Sequence record: PZ671982.1
Direction: 5' to 3' (one strand)
Origin: a phage
Length of the DNA stretch: 43,947 bases
Part shown: piece by piece, positions 9,155-19,900 of the stretch
Numbering within the stretch: position 1 is the first letter of the stretch
How the letters are laid out: each line of letters begins with the position of its first letter
Notes under the pieces: generated by a model
Told to the model about the DNA's origin: nothing
What the model saw: only the letters and a program-made list of their open reading frames with translations
Databases searched by the model: none
Translations under genes and position numbers: made by a program

Positions 9155-9576
9155 TGAGCAATACTCTAATCCGCAAGGCGCTTAACCGCGTAGTAGAAGA
9201 TTTATCAGTAAGCCTGAGCACCAGCCAGCGCCCGATCCAGGTTAACTGGGAGAACGTGAGCGGCGACCACGCAAACGGCAGCGGTGTCTACCTGGAGCCG
9301 TACCTGCTACCGGCCCCGACCCAGTTTGTGGGCTTCCAGCAGAAGGGCCGGATCTATGCTGGCGTATATCAGGTTGCCGTAGTGTTTCCCGCTGGCACGG
9401 GTACACAGTATGCGAGCGAACTGGCGGACGCCATCGCGACGTCGGATAAATGGCAGGCCGTAAGGATTTCCGGAGCGGCCTTCCAGCTTCAGGACTCGCC
9501 TTATACCAGTTCGGTGGTCGAGGACGTTGATCGCGCCCGCATCGTGGTTACAGTCCCCTACACCTGTTGCGCCTGA
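9154..9576 (+). CDS. tail terminator protein (U-like position, putative)
   Basis: 140 aa overlapping previous stop (TAATG); synteny. Confidence 0.45.
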   Translation: MSNTLIRKALNRVVEDLSVSLSTSQRPIQVNWENVSGDHANGSGVYLEPYLLPAPTQFVGFQQKGRIYAGVYQVAVVFPAGTGTQYASELADAIATSDKWQAVRISGAAFQLQDSPYTSSVVEDVDRARIVVTVPYTCCA

Positions 9577-9637
9577 TTTGGCGCAATTATGCGCGTGCTG
9601 TATCATTGAACCGTATATCTAAACAGGAGCGTTCATT

Positions 9638-10363
9638 ATGGGTTATCAACTTCCTAACGGGTCCAGCGTCCAGATTGGGTCCGTACTGGGCAACGGCATC
9701 GCAGTTACGGCAGCGACCAACGCCGAGGCGTCAATCTCCGATCTTACGAAAGGATGCGTTATCACCTGCGCGGCTTCTCATGGCCTGCAAGTTGGTGACG
9801 TGGTTATGTTCACTAAAACCCCGTGGGTCCGTGCGCTGAACCGCGCGTTTATCGTAGGTAAAGTGGAAGAGAACAACGTGACGCTGGCGCGCTTCGATAC
9901 TCAAGACGTCACCAAATACCCGACCGGTGCTTTCGGCGTAGGCACACCTGGTGAGGTGGTGAAGGTGTCGAGCTTTATCGACTTCCCGTTTATCACTAAC
10001 GTTGCCGTGTCTGGTGGCGACCAGCAGACCACCACCTTCCAGCCGTTGCAGGTGAATACCGCGATCAGTCTGAACACCACGAAAAACCCGTTGGTCCAGA
10101 CCTACACTTTCACCCACGACGAAGAAGACCCGATCCGCCCGATTCTGGAAGACCTGGACGACACACAGAAAACCACTGTGATTAAGTTCACTAACCCGGC
10201 AGCGGCAAGCGGCAAAGGTGAAATCCGTATTTACCCGGCTAAGGTGTCTTTCCGCAAGATTCCGTCGGCTGAAGTAAACAACGTGGAGACGGTTGAGTCC
10301 ACCCTCACTATGCAGTCCGATATGGTTATTTACCGTAAGGACTTGGTTGAGGCGCTGTCGTAA
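9638..10363 (+). CDS. major tail protein (V-like)
   Basis: 241 aa, directly upstream of G/GT chaperone pair and tape measure; followed by terminator. Confidence 0.6.
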   Translation: MGYQLPNGSSVQIGSVLGNGIAVTAATNAEASISDLTKGCVITCAASHGLQVGDVVMFTKTPWVRALNRAFIVGKVEENNVTLARFDTQDVTKYPTGAFGVGTPGEVVKVSSFIDFPFITNVAVSGGDQQTTTFQPLQVNTAISLNTTKNPLVQTYTFTHDEEDPIRPILEDLDDTQKTTVIKFTNPAAASGKGEIRIYPAKVSFRKIPSAEVNNVETVESTLTMQSDMVIYRKDLVEALS

Positions 10364-10394
10364 TTTGGTCGCTTAAATAGCGGGTGTTAATATG

Positions 10395-10416
10395 GGGCCA
10401 GCACGGCCCCTTTTTT
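10395..10416 (+). terminator. rho-independent terminator (GGGGCC-agca-GGCCCC + TTTTTT)
   Basis: Seen in sequence after major tail gene. Confidence 0.6.
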
Positions 10417-10432
10417 ATTGGAGAATACTACA

Positions 10433-10795
10433 ATGGCTAAAGCACCACTCTTCACACTTGACCCTAAGCCTACTTTTAAGCTGCCGATTGAAATCCCGCG
10501 CCCAGGCGAAAACGAACCGGGCAAAATGACGTTTACCGTGCGCCACCGCCCTATCGACGAATTTTCGCAGACCATGCAGGACACTGAGCGCAAATTGTCG
10601 GAGTATGACGACAATGACCCGGAAGGATTTAACGTTATGGTCGAGGCCATCATGCATGTCGCTGAAGGCTGGAATCTCCCAGACGAATTTAACGCGGAGA
10701 ACGTCCGCCGCCTGGTGGTCAACTACCCTCGCGCGTTCGGAGTGTTCCATACGTCGTACTATCTCGAACTGATGGGATTGCGTGAAAAAAACTAA
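10433..10795 (+). CDS. tail assembly chaperone G-like
   Basis: 120 aa from ATG 10433 (RBS GGAG); acidic; ends in A7 slippery run; located between major tail and tape measure genes. Confidence 0.6.
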   Translation: MAKAPLFTLDPKPTFKLPIEIPRPGENEPGKMTFTVRHRPIDEFSQTMQDTERKLSEYDDNDPEGFNVMVEAIMHVAEGWNLPDEFNAENVRRLVVNYPRAFGVFHTSYYLELMGLREKN

Positions 10796-11109
10796 TTGAG
10801 GCGGCGCGACGCTTTTATGGCCCGCCGCCACCCTCCGAAGATTTAGCCGCGAGTTTATGGGGCGCGGCCCCTGAAGATGTTTGCCCCCCGGTTGCACTAT
10901 GGCCCGACAACGCGAAGATAGTCGCAGTCTTCACAGATTGCTCCACGCAATGGCGCACCGGATTCGGTGGCGCATACGGCATCGACTACGGCGTACTGGA
11001 ATGGCTTTTTAAGATGCACGGCATCGAAAACGCGCAACGTGCGTTTAAAGATATCAAGCTAATGGAACGAGTTGCGCTGGATGAAATGGCGCGACAGAAC
11101 CCCGCATAA
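10433..11109 (+). CDS. tail assembly chaperone GT-like fusion via programmed -1 frameshift at A AAA AAC (10786..10792)
   Basis: The -1 frame is open from 10786 to TAA 11107-11109 (about 106 codons) with no usable start codon of its own; slippery heptamer sits at the last codons of G. Confidence 0.5.
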
Positions 11110-11110
11110 C

Positions 11111-11426
11111 GGAGCGGGACAGGCGGGACGTCCCGTTCTGTCCCGCACCTCTAAAAACTGCATATTTACCCACCAACATTGCATAAATTAAAAGCGGGAC
11201 AGGGGTGCTGTCCCGATCTGTCCCGCCCCCAAAATGTGAATATCTATTCAGTTTTCGCGCATAAAACAAACGGGACAAAAAGCGGGACAGAATGGGGCGG
11301 GACTAAGCGGGACAGCACCCCTGTCCCCGCCAGTGCTGCCGCGGTTTTTAGCCGATCGGGACAGGCGGGACAAAGCCCAGTCTTTCAGACTAGACGGGGG
11401 TCATTGGCCCCCCTCGTCTGAGACTG
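11111..11426 (+). repeat. iteron array A: about 13 direct and inverted GCGGGACA(G) copies, palindromes GGGACAG-N5-CTGTCCC, terminal imperfect hairpin
   Basis: Read directly; 3' ~160 bp closely similar to 38551..38710. Confidence 0.8.
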
Positions 11427-11494
11427 AATAAGGTTTGTTTTAAATTCGCTGATACAATGACCGACGGCAACTGCATAAAAAGGGGGACTGCATA

Positions 11495-14140
11495 ATGGCA
11501 GATCAGGCAGCGGGCATCACGCTCAAGGCGGACGTCGCGCAAATTAAAACGGCTAATACTGTGCTGGACACATTTGCGCAGAAATCCGAGAACACAGAAC
11601 AGAAAGTAAAGAAATTAAACGACACCCTCGGCAAGTCGAAAACGGTTACTGGCGACGCCGCGGGCGGAATGGAAAAGTTAGCGACTGAATCGCAGCGTGC
11701 CGCCGATGGTATGACGAAACAGGAGCGACTCGCCAGCCGATTAGGCATGTCAACCAAAAACCTGGGATTCGCATCGCGGAACGCCGCATTCCAGTTACAG
11801 GATATCGCGGTGACGCTTGAAATGGGTATGCCGGTGCATCGAGTCATGCTTCAGCAGCTACCACAGCTTACTGGGGCGTTTGGCGGGTTGGGGAATACGC
11901 TGCGTTATGTCGTCGGCACCCTCGGACCGATAGGGATCGGAATCGCTGCATTAACGGCAACGCTAGGCGTAGGGGTGGCAATTACGACCCGCGCAGAGAA
12001 CCAGGTGGCGGCGCTTAACAAGACGCTGGCGCTGTCCGGTAATATTTCTGGCCTCACCGCTAACCAGATCCTGGTGCTATCCGAGAACGCCGAGCGGATG
12101 GGTGGGTCATTCCGCAAGACGCGTGACACAATTCAGTCACTGGCGGCGGCGGGTGTGAAGGCTGGTGCTGACTTCGGCGCACTGGCGAAGGTGGTGAATG
12201 ATTTTGCAAAGACGTCGGGCCAGCCTATTGAGGACGTGGTTGCGTCGGTGGCGAAGCTCTCCACTGACCCTGTGGGCGGCTTGCGCGCACTGGCGGATAA
12301 ATATCACGTCGTAAACGAAGCGCAGATCCAGCAGGTGCAGTCGCTTGTGGATATGGGTCGTGAGACAGATGCAGTTGCGCTGGCGAACAAAACCGCCTCG
12401 GCATCGTTCACCACTATGACCAATGAGGTCAAGGCGAACATGGGCACGCTTGAGCGGTCGATGAACGTCGTCACATCGGCAGCCAAATCAATGTGGGATG
12501 CCATTCTGGATGTTGGACGCGCGCAGTCCTCGAATGAGTCCGAGATGAAAGCGCGCGAATCATTGCAGCGCATGACCACGGCTTATTATGCCGAGATGAA
12601 AGCGGTAAACGCTGCCGGTGGGGTAATGACTGAAGCGCAGAAAGCACGTATTAACATGCTTTACAGCGAACTGGTCGCCCAGGAAAAGGTAGTGGCGTCG
12701 CTCACCCTGCGTAACCGTGCGGAGCGAGACAACGCCCGCACCGCAGACGAATCGGCGAAGGCTAACGAGGAGGCCAACCGCGCCGCCAGCGACCGCGCCG
12801 CATTTGAGAAGGAATTCGCCACCAACGCGAAGAAGCGCGCTGACGAGATCGCCCGCCTCAATTTGCTGAACAAGCGCGGTGTTATTAGCGAGAAAGAACT
12901 AGCCGAGGCTGTGAAGCAGGTAAACGAGCGCTACAAAGACCCTGCCCCGAAGAAGGCCGCGGCTGTTCGCGCGGATGCCGGTATGAAAATGCTGGAAGTC
13001 GCACGGAGCGAACTGGCCCAGCTTCGAGAATCCGGCAAGCAGATCGAAGCCAACGCGTCTACGCAGACCCGCACGCAACGCGCTCAGGCGGCCCTAAACA
13101 AGCTGATCGCGGATAATGAGCAGTTAATCGCCGCAAGCAAAGAAAGGGCGCTAACGGCAGCGGAAAAGCAGCAGTTGGTCGAATTCGGACGCGTGAAGGA
13201 AGTGCGCGAGCAGATCGTCGAAGAAGCCAAATTGCTGGACGCGAAGGAGAAGCAGGTCAAGGCGCACGCGCAGATTGATGCCTTCGTTAAGAACCAGAAC
13301 GCCGAACTAAAAGCCACCGCCGCGGGCTATGCGCTTTCCACTCGCGAAGCGGCAAACCTGCGCGAAGAATTGCAGCTAATCGACCGCCTGAAGCGTGTGG
13401 GCGCTAACGATACCGATATTGACAAGGCGGTGTCTAAGCTGCGGGAAGTGCAGGAGGCGCAGACCGGTGCTAACGCCTCGCTAGGGGATGGATTCAGTCG
13501 CGGGCTTAAGGATAGCGTGGATGAAATGGGTAACGGATATACGCAGATGGCGTCGCTCACGAAATTTACATTCAGCGCTATGCAAGACACGATGAACGAG
13601 TTTTTCGAGACTGGCAAGCTGAACGCAAAGGATATGGTTAAATCCATCCTGAGCGAGTTAATCAAGCTGGCTACCTCGCAGGCGTTCAAGTCGATCGTTA
13701 GCGCTTTCGGTGGTGACGGCGGCAAAAACGGATTGTTCGGCGCTATCTTCTCGGGCCTCACTAAGAATGCAGACGGCGGAGCGTACGCAGGGGGCAATCT
13801 CGCGGCTTATTCGGGGAAAGTGGTAAGCCAGCCCACCTTTTTCAGTTATGGCGTCCAGGCGTTCGCTAAGGGCGCAGGATTGATGGGCGAGGCCGGTCCC
13901 GAGGCCATCATGCCTCTGAAGCGCGGGCCGGACGGGAAACTGGGCGTTGCCGCTTCGGGTGCTGGCGGCGGTGGTATGGTCGTGACGACTAACGTTTACA
14001 CGGGGGCGGGTAAAACAGACACCAGTGTGAGCGGACCAGATCCGCGCACAGCGCAGGCGTTCGGCAAGCAAATCACCGAGGCGGTGAAGGCCGAGATCGT
14101 GAAAGCGACGAAACCGGGTGGTGTACTTTACAAACGATGA
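11495..14140 (+). CDS. tail tape measure protein
   Basis: 881 aa, Ala/Gln-rich coiled-coil, Gly-rich C-terminal segment; position after G/GT chaperones. Confidence 0.85.
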   Translation: MADQAAGITLKADVAQIKTANTVLDTFAQKSENTEQKVKKLNDTLGKSKTVTGDAAGGMEKLATESQRAADGMTKQERLASRLGMSTKNLGFASRNAAFQLQDIAVTLEMGMPVHRVMLQQLPQLTGAFGGLGNTLRYVVGTLGPIGIGIAALTATLGVGVAITTRAENQVAALNKTLALSGNISGLTANQILVLSENAERMGGSFRKTRDTIQSLAAAGVKAGADFGALAKVVNDFAKTSGQPIEDVVASVAKLSTDPVGGLRALADKYHVVNEAQIQQVQSLVDMGRETDAVALANKTASASFTTMTNEVKANMGTLERSMNVVTSAAKSMWDAILDVGRAQSSNESEMKARESLQRMTTAYYAEMKAVNAAGGVMTEAQKARINMLYSELVAQEKVVASLTLRNRAERDNARTADESAKANEEANRAASDRAAFEKEFATNAKKRADEIARLNLLNKRGVISEKELAEAVKQVNERYKDPAPKKAAAVRADAGMKMLEVARSELAQLRESGKQIEANASTQTRTQRAQAALNKLIADNEQLIAASKERALTAAEKQQLVEFGRVKEVREQIVEEAKLLDAKEKQVKAHAQIDAFVKNQNAELKATAAGYALSTREAANLREELQLIDRLKRVGANDTDIDKAVSKLREVQEAQTGANASLGDGFSRGLKDSVDEMGNGYTQMASLTKFTFSAMQDTMNEFFETGKLNAKDMVKSILSELIKLATSQAFKSIVSAFGGDGGKNGLFGAIFSGLTKNADGGAYAGGNLAAYSGKVVSQPTFFSYGVQAFAKGAGLMGEAGPEAIMPLKRGPDGKLGVAASGAGGGGMVVTTNVYTGAGKTDTSVSGPDPRTAQAFGKQITEAVKAEIVKATKPGGVLYKR

Positions 14141-14147
14141 TAAAATG

Positions 14148-14178
14148 GCCCTCACATCCATCGTGGGGGCTTTTTTTT
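14148..14178 (+). terminator. hairpin CCCTCAC-atccatc-GTGGGGG + T8 (intra-operon attenuator-like)
   Basis: 7-bp stem with one G-U pair followed by T8, ending immediately before ATG 14179. Confidence 0.35.
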
Positions 14179-14778
14179 ATGTCACAAGGTACAATCACAT
14201 TAACTAAGGGGAGTAAGACCGTCACGGGCGCGGGAACGGCGTTCCTTAGCGAGATCGGGAAGGTACGCGTATTCGCCAGCATCGACGGCAACGACTACAC
14301 CGGCAAAATTGCGGAGTTCAACTCGAACACGGTCATCACACTGAAAGATAACTGGGACGGTCCAACGAAATCCGGTGCGGCATATGAGCTAATCGAAGCA
14401 CACGACCCGCGATCAAACGAATGGCCCTACTACTGGCACATGCAATTGCAGGGCGGTGGCGACGTGCAGTTAGCTTTCCGGTCGGAGGAATTGCAATTCG
14501 GTAATGGCTACGGACAGAACATCGCGGACGGCCCGAACGCCGAAACGAAACAGTTCCCCGTGCAATTCATAGGACTGACTACCGACAGGTGGTGCAACCC
14601 CAAACTGGTTTACAACTTCCTTCGCGGGCACTTCGTCAAGCCGTTTGTCGTCACCGCGCCGGATGGCGAAACAGGTTTATTCGTGGTCGAGCGTTCGAGC
14701 TTGTCGTACACGGACAACGGGCACTACACGGCAACGGTATCCGCCACCCTTAAAACTGCTATCGGATTTGTAAGATGA
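14179..14778 (+). CDS. minor tail protein (M-like position)
   Basis: 199 aa; first gene after tape measure in a lambda-order tail-tip module. Confidence 0.55.
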   Translation: MSQGTITLTKGSKTVTGAGTAFLSEIGKVRVFASIDGNDYTGKIAEFNSNTVITLKDNWDGPTKSGAAYELIEAHDPRSNEWPYYWHMQLQGGGDVQLAFRSEELQFGNGYGQNIADGPNAETKQFPVQFIGLTTDRWCNPKLVYNFLRGHFVKPFVVTAPDGETGLFVVERSSLSYTDNGHYTATVSATLKTAIGFVR

Positions 14779-15563
14779 ATAAATTATATCGTGAGGCGAC
14801 GCGCTTTGACCCATCGGGCCGCGTTCGCCTGATTCATATTGACGCGCAGGACGTGGAACCAGGCGACGGCGCGATCGGCGCGGGCCATCACTATTTCCAC
14901 TACTGTTTTATTCCGCACACTGCCGAGGATATTGCTGCCGCTGGGGGTGACGAGGATAAGCTAAAACCTAAATCAATCTTCTTCGGCGGGCAGGAGTTCG
15001 AATTTTGGCCCTTCGATTTGTCCGGCCTCAACTTCTCCACGTCAACGGCAGCGGAACCGCAGCTGACCATTGTCGATATTGGCGGCCTAATCACCAGGCT
15101 GTCGCTGAACCACGACCAGTTACTGGGGGCGAAGGTTGAGATCATTGATACGTTCGCGAAGTTCCTGGACAACGGGACAGACCCAGACCCGACGCAGAAA
15201 CGAGTTCAGGAGTATTACATCGACTCGCAGGTCGGGCGCAATCCGGGCAAGCAAATCACCTTCGCACTATCCTCCCCCGCGGATATGGAAGGGCAGGTCG
15301 TACCACGTCGCCAAATCATGAACATGTGCGAATGGGCGCTCAACGGGAAGTACGCCAGCGGGGACGGTTGCACTTGGAACCTTGCGCAGCCAGGGATCAA
15401 GTATTACGACGAACGCGGAAACGAAGTCATCGCAATGAATATGGACCGATGCGGTGGCTGTTTGTCTGATTGTTATCTTCGTTTTGGGCAAGGGCTTGTG
15501 GATCCTAAAGCTGCGGTGTTGGACTTCGGTGGATTCCCTGGGTCCAAATTGATTAAGGGGTAG
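14775..15563 (+). CDS. minor tail protein L-like
   Basis: 262 aa; C-terminal cysteine cluster DRCGGCLSDCY consistent with the Fe-S site of gpL-type proteins; synteny. Confidence 0.65.
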   Translation: MNKLYREATRFDPSGRVRLIHIDAQDVEPGDGAIGAGHHYFHYCFIPHTAEDIAAAGGDEDKLKPKSIFFGGQEFEFWPFDLSGLNFSTSTAAEPQLTIVDIGGLITRLSLNHDQLLGAKVEIIDTFAKFLDNGTDPDPTQKRVQEYYIDSQVGRNPGKQITFALSSPADMEGQVVPRRQIMNMCEWALNGKYASGDGCTWNLAQPGIKYYDERGNEVIAMNMDRCGGCLSDCYLRFGQGLVDPKAAVLDFGGFPGSKLIKG

Positions 15564-15565
15564 CC

Positions 15566-16306
15566 ATGTTAACGAAAAAGGTTAAAAGCGATATCGCCGC
15601 GCACGTTGCGGCATGTCTGCCAGAAGAAGCCTGTGGGCTGGTAGTCATGGTAGGTCGTAAGCAAGTATTTGTCCCATGTCTGAACGTATTCGAAGACCCG
15701 ACCGGCGTGCGTTCACGTAAAGACGCGTTTACTATTAGTGATATGGCCTGGATGGATGCCGAGGAGATGGGCGACGTCGTGCGCGTAGTCCACTCGCATC
15801 CAGGCCAGCGAGAGCTTACCCCCTCACTGGGCGACGTTAACGGATGCAACGGCAGCGGCGTAGTCTGGACCATCACTAACGAATATGGCGACTTTATCGA
15901 GATCGACCCTGAAGACCCGCCGCTGGTAGGCCGCCGATTTGTTCTCGGAATTACAGATTGTTATGGCCTCGTCATGGACTGGCACAAAAAGCAGGGTGTA
16001 AACCTGCCAGACTTCCGCGTGCCGTATAACTGGTGGGAGACAGGAGAAAATCTGTATATGGATAATTGGTACGGTGCTGGCTTCAGGGAATGCGAGGAGA
16101 ATACGCCGGGGGCAATGGTCATCATGCAGATTAGCGCGCCTGTGCCTAACCACGCTGGGATATTCCTTCCGGGCAACCAACTACTACACCATATCTACGG
16201 CAGCCTGTCGAGCGTGATTCCCTTCCGGGCAGGATTTTTCCGCGACAATGTGGTTAAATGGGTACGTCATAAAGACCTACCGGGGAATATCACAGAATGG
16301 CAATGA
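15566..16306 (+). CDS. tail assembly protein K-like (MPN/JAB + NlpC/P60-like)
   Basis: JAB/MPN-type motif VVHSHPGQ...S..D and downstream Cys-containing ITDCYGLV motif; synteny between L-like and I-like genes. Confidence 0.7.
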   Translation: MLTKKVKSDIAAHVAACLPEEACGLVVMVGRKQVFVPCLNVFEDPTGVRSRKDAFTISDMAWMDAEEMGDVVRVVHSHPGQRELTPSLGDVNGCNGSGVVWTITNEYGDFIEIDPEDPPLVGRRFVLGITDCYGLVMDWHKKQGVNLPDFRVPYNWWETGENLYMDNWYGAGFRECEENTPGAMVIMQISAPVPNHAGIFLPGNQLLHHIYGSLSSVIPFRAGFFRDNVVKWVRHKDLPGNITEWQ

Positions 16307-16914
16307 CCACGTTTAAATTGTACGGCGTCTTAGGGCGTCGTTTTGGTAAAGTGCATAAGATGGACTGCTTCACTCCGGGCGAGGGAATCACCGGCCTGTG
16401 TGTGAAGTTGCCAGGGTTACAAGACTTTTTAATGTCAGCCCACCTGGACAACATGATGTTCAAGGTGCGCAAGGGCGACCACACGATGACCGGCTATGAT
16501 GAGCTGGGCGAGTTCCACGGCAACCGCGTCGTCACCATCGCGCCGGTTATGACTGGCGCAAAAAGAGGGTTGGGACAATTGCTGGCGGGTGTCGCGATCG
16601 TAGTGGCGTCGTTCTATACGGGCGGACTCGCTACTGCCGCTTTCGGGGCTTCGGCTGCAACCGCTGCCGCTATCGGTACAGCGACGTTTTCGTTCGGCAT
16701 GTCGATGGCGCTGGGTGGCGTTATGCAATTGCTGTCGCCTCAACCGAAAGGATTGCAGACACGGCAGGATGTGGATAACAAGGCGTCGTATGCGTTCGGC
16801 GGTCCGGTAAACACGACCGCGCAAGGTACGGCACTTGGTGTATTATGGGGCGAGCGTGAGATCGGCGGCGCTATTATTTCAGCCGGAATCGTAACCGAGG
16901 ATTTGAACGAATGA
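16297..16914 (+). CDS. tail assembly protein I-like
   Basis: 205 aa with Gly/Ala-rich hydrophobic C-terminal half; overlaps K-like stop; precedes J-like gene. Confidence 0.6.
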   Translation: MAMTTFKLYGVLGRRFGKVHKMDCFTPGEGITGLCVKLPGLQDFLMSAHLDNMMFKVRKGDHTMTGYDELGEFHGNRVVTIAPVMTGAKRGLGQLLAGVAIVVASFYTGGLATAAFGASAATAAAIGTATFSFGMSMALGGVMQLLSPQPKGLQTRQDVDNKASYAFGGPVNTTAQGTALGVLWGEREIGGAIISAGIVTEDLNE

Positions 16915-19900
16915 CGATTATTTACGACGTCACGGGCCATAAAGGCGGCGGCGGCAAACAGCACACACCACAGGAGACGCCCGATAGCCTGCATTCGCTG
17001 GCTAAAATCCGCATCTTGCTTGCGCTGGGTGAGGGTGAATTCGAAGGTATTACAGACCCTAACGAATTACGGCGGCGCGTATATCTGGACGGAACACCGA
17101 TCCAGAACGCAGACCTGTCGGAAAACTTCCCAGGCGCGCGCGTGGAGTTCCGCCCGGGCACACAGCACCAGGATGTGATCCACGGATTTTCAGCGGTGGA
17201 AAGTGAGCAATCCGTTGGCGTAAAACTGGAAAACGGCACGCCGTGGGTGCGCCAGATTAACGACACCAGTCTTGACGCCGTGCGCATTCGTGTCGGTATT
17301 CCGGCCCTGTACACAAACGAAGATAATGGCGACCTGGTGGGCGGGCGCATCGACTATAAGATCGTTGTGTATACGGATAACGCGGACCCGCGTGAGTTCA
17401 GATTCGCCGCCGTTGGTAAAACAATGTCGCTGTATGAGCGCGACCACCGCATCGAATTACCTCCGAACGTTAACACCGGCTGGCGCGTGGAGGTGCACCG
17501 CATAACGGCAGACTCCACATCGGCGAAAGTGGTTAATGATATCCAGGTGCAATCCATCACTGAGGTTATCGACGCCCGCCTGCGTTACCCGCTAACCGCG
17601 CTGTTGTTCGTGGAGTTCGACGCTAAAGCGTTCCAGAACATCCCGCGCGTGTCCATTAAGTGCAAAGGTCGCAAGGTGCTGATACCGAACAACTACGACC
17701 CGATTAATCATACCTATTCCGGTGACTGGGACGGCACGTTTAAACGCGCATGGACGGATAACCCTGCGTGGCACTGGTACGATATTTGTATTACTGAGCG
17801 CTTCGGCCTCGGTCGGCGTATCAAACCGCAAATGCTAAACCGATACGCGCTCTACCAGATTGCGCAGCGCTGCGATCAGTTGGTCAGCGACGGCAACGGT
17901 GGCCGAGAAATCCGCTTTAAGAATGATATGTACATTCAGTCACAGACGGATGCCTGGACCGTGCTTAAGGATTTGGCTGCCATCTTCGCCGGAATGACCT
18001 GGTGGGGCAACCAGATGTTGAATATCGTCAGTGACCAACCGGTCGCAGCAGTGTCGCACACTATCACCAACGCCTCGGTAATTGATGGTCGATTCGACTA
18101 CGCATCTGGCAGCCAGAAAACTCGCTATTCCACATTCGCGGTAGCATACGGCAATCCGAAAAACCACTATGATGACGCTATCGCAACGGGCCAGCGCGTC
18201 GAACTGGTGCGCCGCCATAAGATCAACCGTCTTGATATCACGGCGATCGGCTGTACGCGCGAGTCAGAAGCGCAACGCCGTGGGCACTGGGCGCTAATTT
18301 CAAACCAGCTTGACCAGCAAGTTAGTTTTAAGGTGGGCATGGAGGGGTTATTCTTTATCCCAGGTAGCGTAGTCGCGATCGCAGATACTAATATTTCTGG
18401 CGGATTCGAGACTCGTGGCGGTCGGCTGTTGTCGGACCCAGGAACGCGTACCGTGCTGAACACGGACAGCGAAATCACGTTCCGCCCTGGCGATAAGTTC
18501 CTGGTACGCACCGATAGCGGAAATGTGGAGACTCGCGAGATCGCCAGCGTCAACGGCAACAAGGTCACGCTAAAAACCGCACTGGATGCCGACCCGATTC
18601 CCGACCAGCCGTTTTGCGTTGACGGCGATGATATCCAGTTGCATAAATTCCGCATCACCGATCTGGAGTATGACGACGCTACGAGCACTTTCTCGGTGCG
18701 CGGGATTGAATATAACGATAGCAAGTATGACGCCGTTGACAATGGCGCGCGGCTTGACCCAGGTATTTTCACGCAAGTGCCAGACGGTGTAATGAAGGGG
18801 CCGGAATCCGTGACCATCACCCCGTCGCAGATCTCATCGCAAGGCCAGCTAATCACCAACGTGGATATTGTATTCCCGCCGGTGAAGGACGCCGTGGTTT
18901 ATGAAATCCAGTGGCGGCGTACCAGCCTTCAGAATATGGAAATCCAGTGGGGTAACGACTGGGTGAACATCCCGCGCACGGCGTCGAATGGTGCGCACAT
19001 CCCTAACGTGTTCTCCGGCAACTACCAGGCACGCGTCCGCGCAATTGGTATGGGCGAAATCTCGTCCCCGTGGGTGTCTTCCGAAATCACGCCGGTGGAA
19101 GGTCGCCTCGGTGGGCTTAATGCGCCAATCATCACCAACGCGATTTCAGGTTTGCACCAGATCCTATGGAAGTGGAATCACAACAACGCTGCGACTGATA
19201 TCTCATACACCGAGCTTGAAGTGCGCAAGACGGGTGAAACGGAATGGAAATTCTTAACAAACGTCCCATATCCGGGCGCGGAGTACGCGCAAACGTCGCT
19301 GGAGTTCGGAATTTACCAGCAGTTGCGCGCCCGAGTAGCGGATAAAATCGGCAACCTGTCGGACTGGTCCGCCCCGTTCGAAGGCCAGGTGAGTGACAAA
19401 GTTGACGAGTACATGAAGGGGCTTGATGACGAGTTCTTGACTTCCGAGGATGGTAAACACTTCCAGGAAGCTATTAACACGATCCCGCAAGGCATTTATG
19501 AGTCAATGCTCACTGACGCCCAGCAGCTATTCAACGCCCGCGCCGAGTACAAAGGGATTTATGCGGAAATCAAGGTGGCGTATAACGTGGCGGCAGACGC
19601 CCACAAGGCCGTCGCGCAACTGGAAACGTTGATCGGCACTCGCCTTGACGATGCGGAAGCGGCAATCCACACGTTGCAGACCGCGCAAAGCACGCACGAA
19701 CAAGCGTTTGCCCAGTACCAACAAACTGTTGCCGCTAAGTTCGGGGAGCAGGAAGCCGCCATCCAGTCAGTGCAAACGGCAACGGCGGACGTGGCTGGCG
19801 CACTGGCGGAGTACAAGACCCAGGTGGCGGCACAGTTCGGTCAGCAGTCCGCCGCTATCGAGCAGAAGATGACGTCTTCGTTTAACCATGCTGGTGGCAG

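Noticed and set aside
11111-11426. Possibility that the GCGGGACA repeat arrays are CRISPR arrays
   Set aside because: Repeats are 8-9 bp, irregularly spaced, in both orientations, with no uniform spacers or cas genes.
13327-13797. Long antisense ORFs inside the tape measure gene (also 13658..14161, 12304..12579)
   Set aside because: Lie entirely within a well-supported high-GC coding region on the opposite strand; low-complexity Ser/Ala/Pro translations typical of shadow ORFs.
18167-18859. 230-aa antisense ORF inside the J-like fiber gene
   Set aside because: Shadow ORF within a long, well-supported sense gene; no RBS or promoter context.
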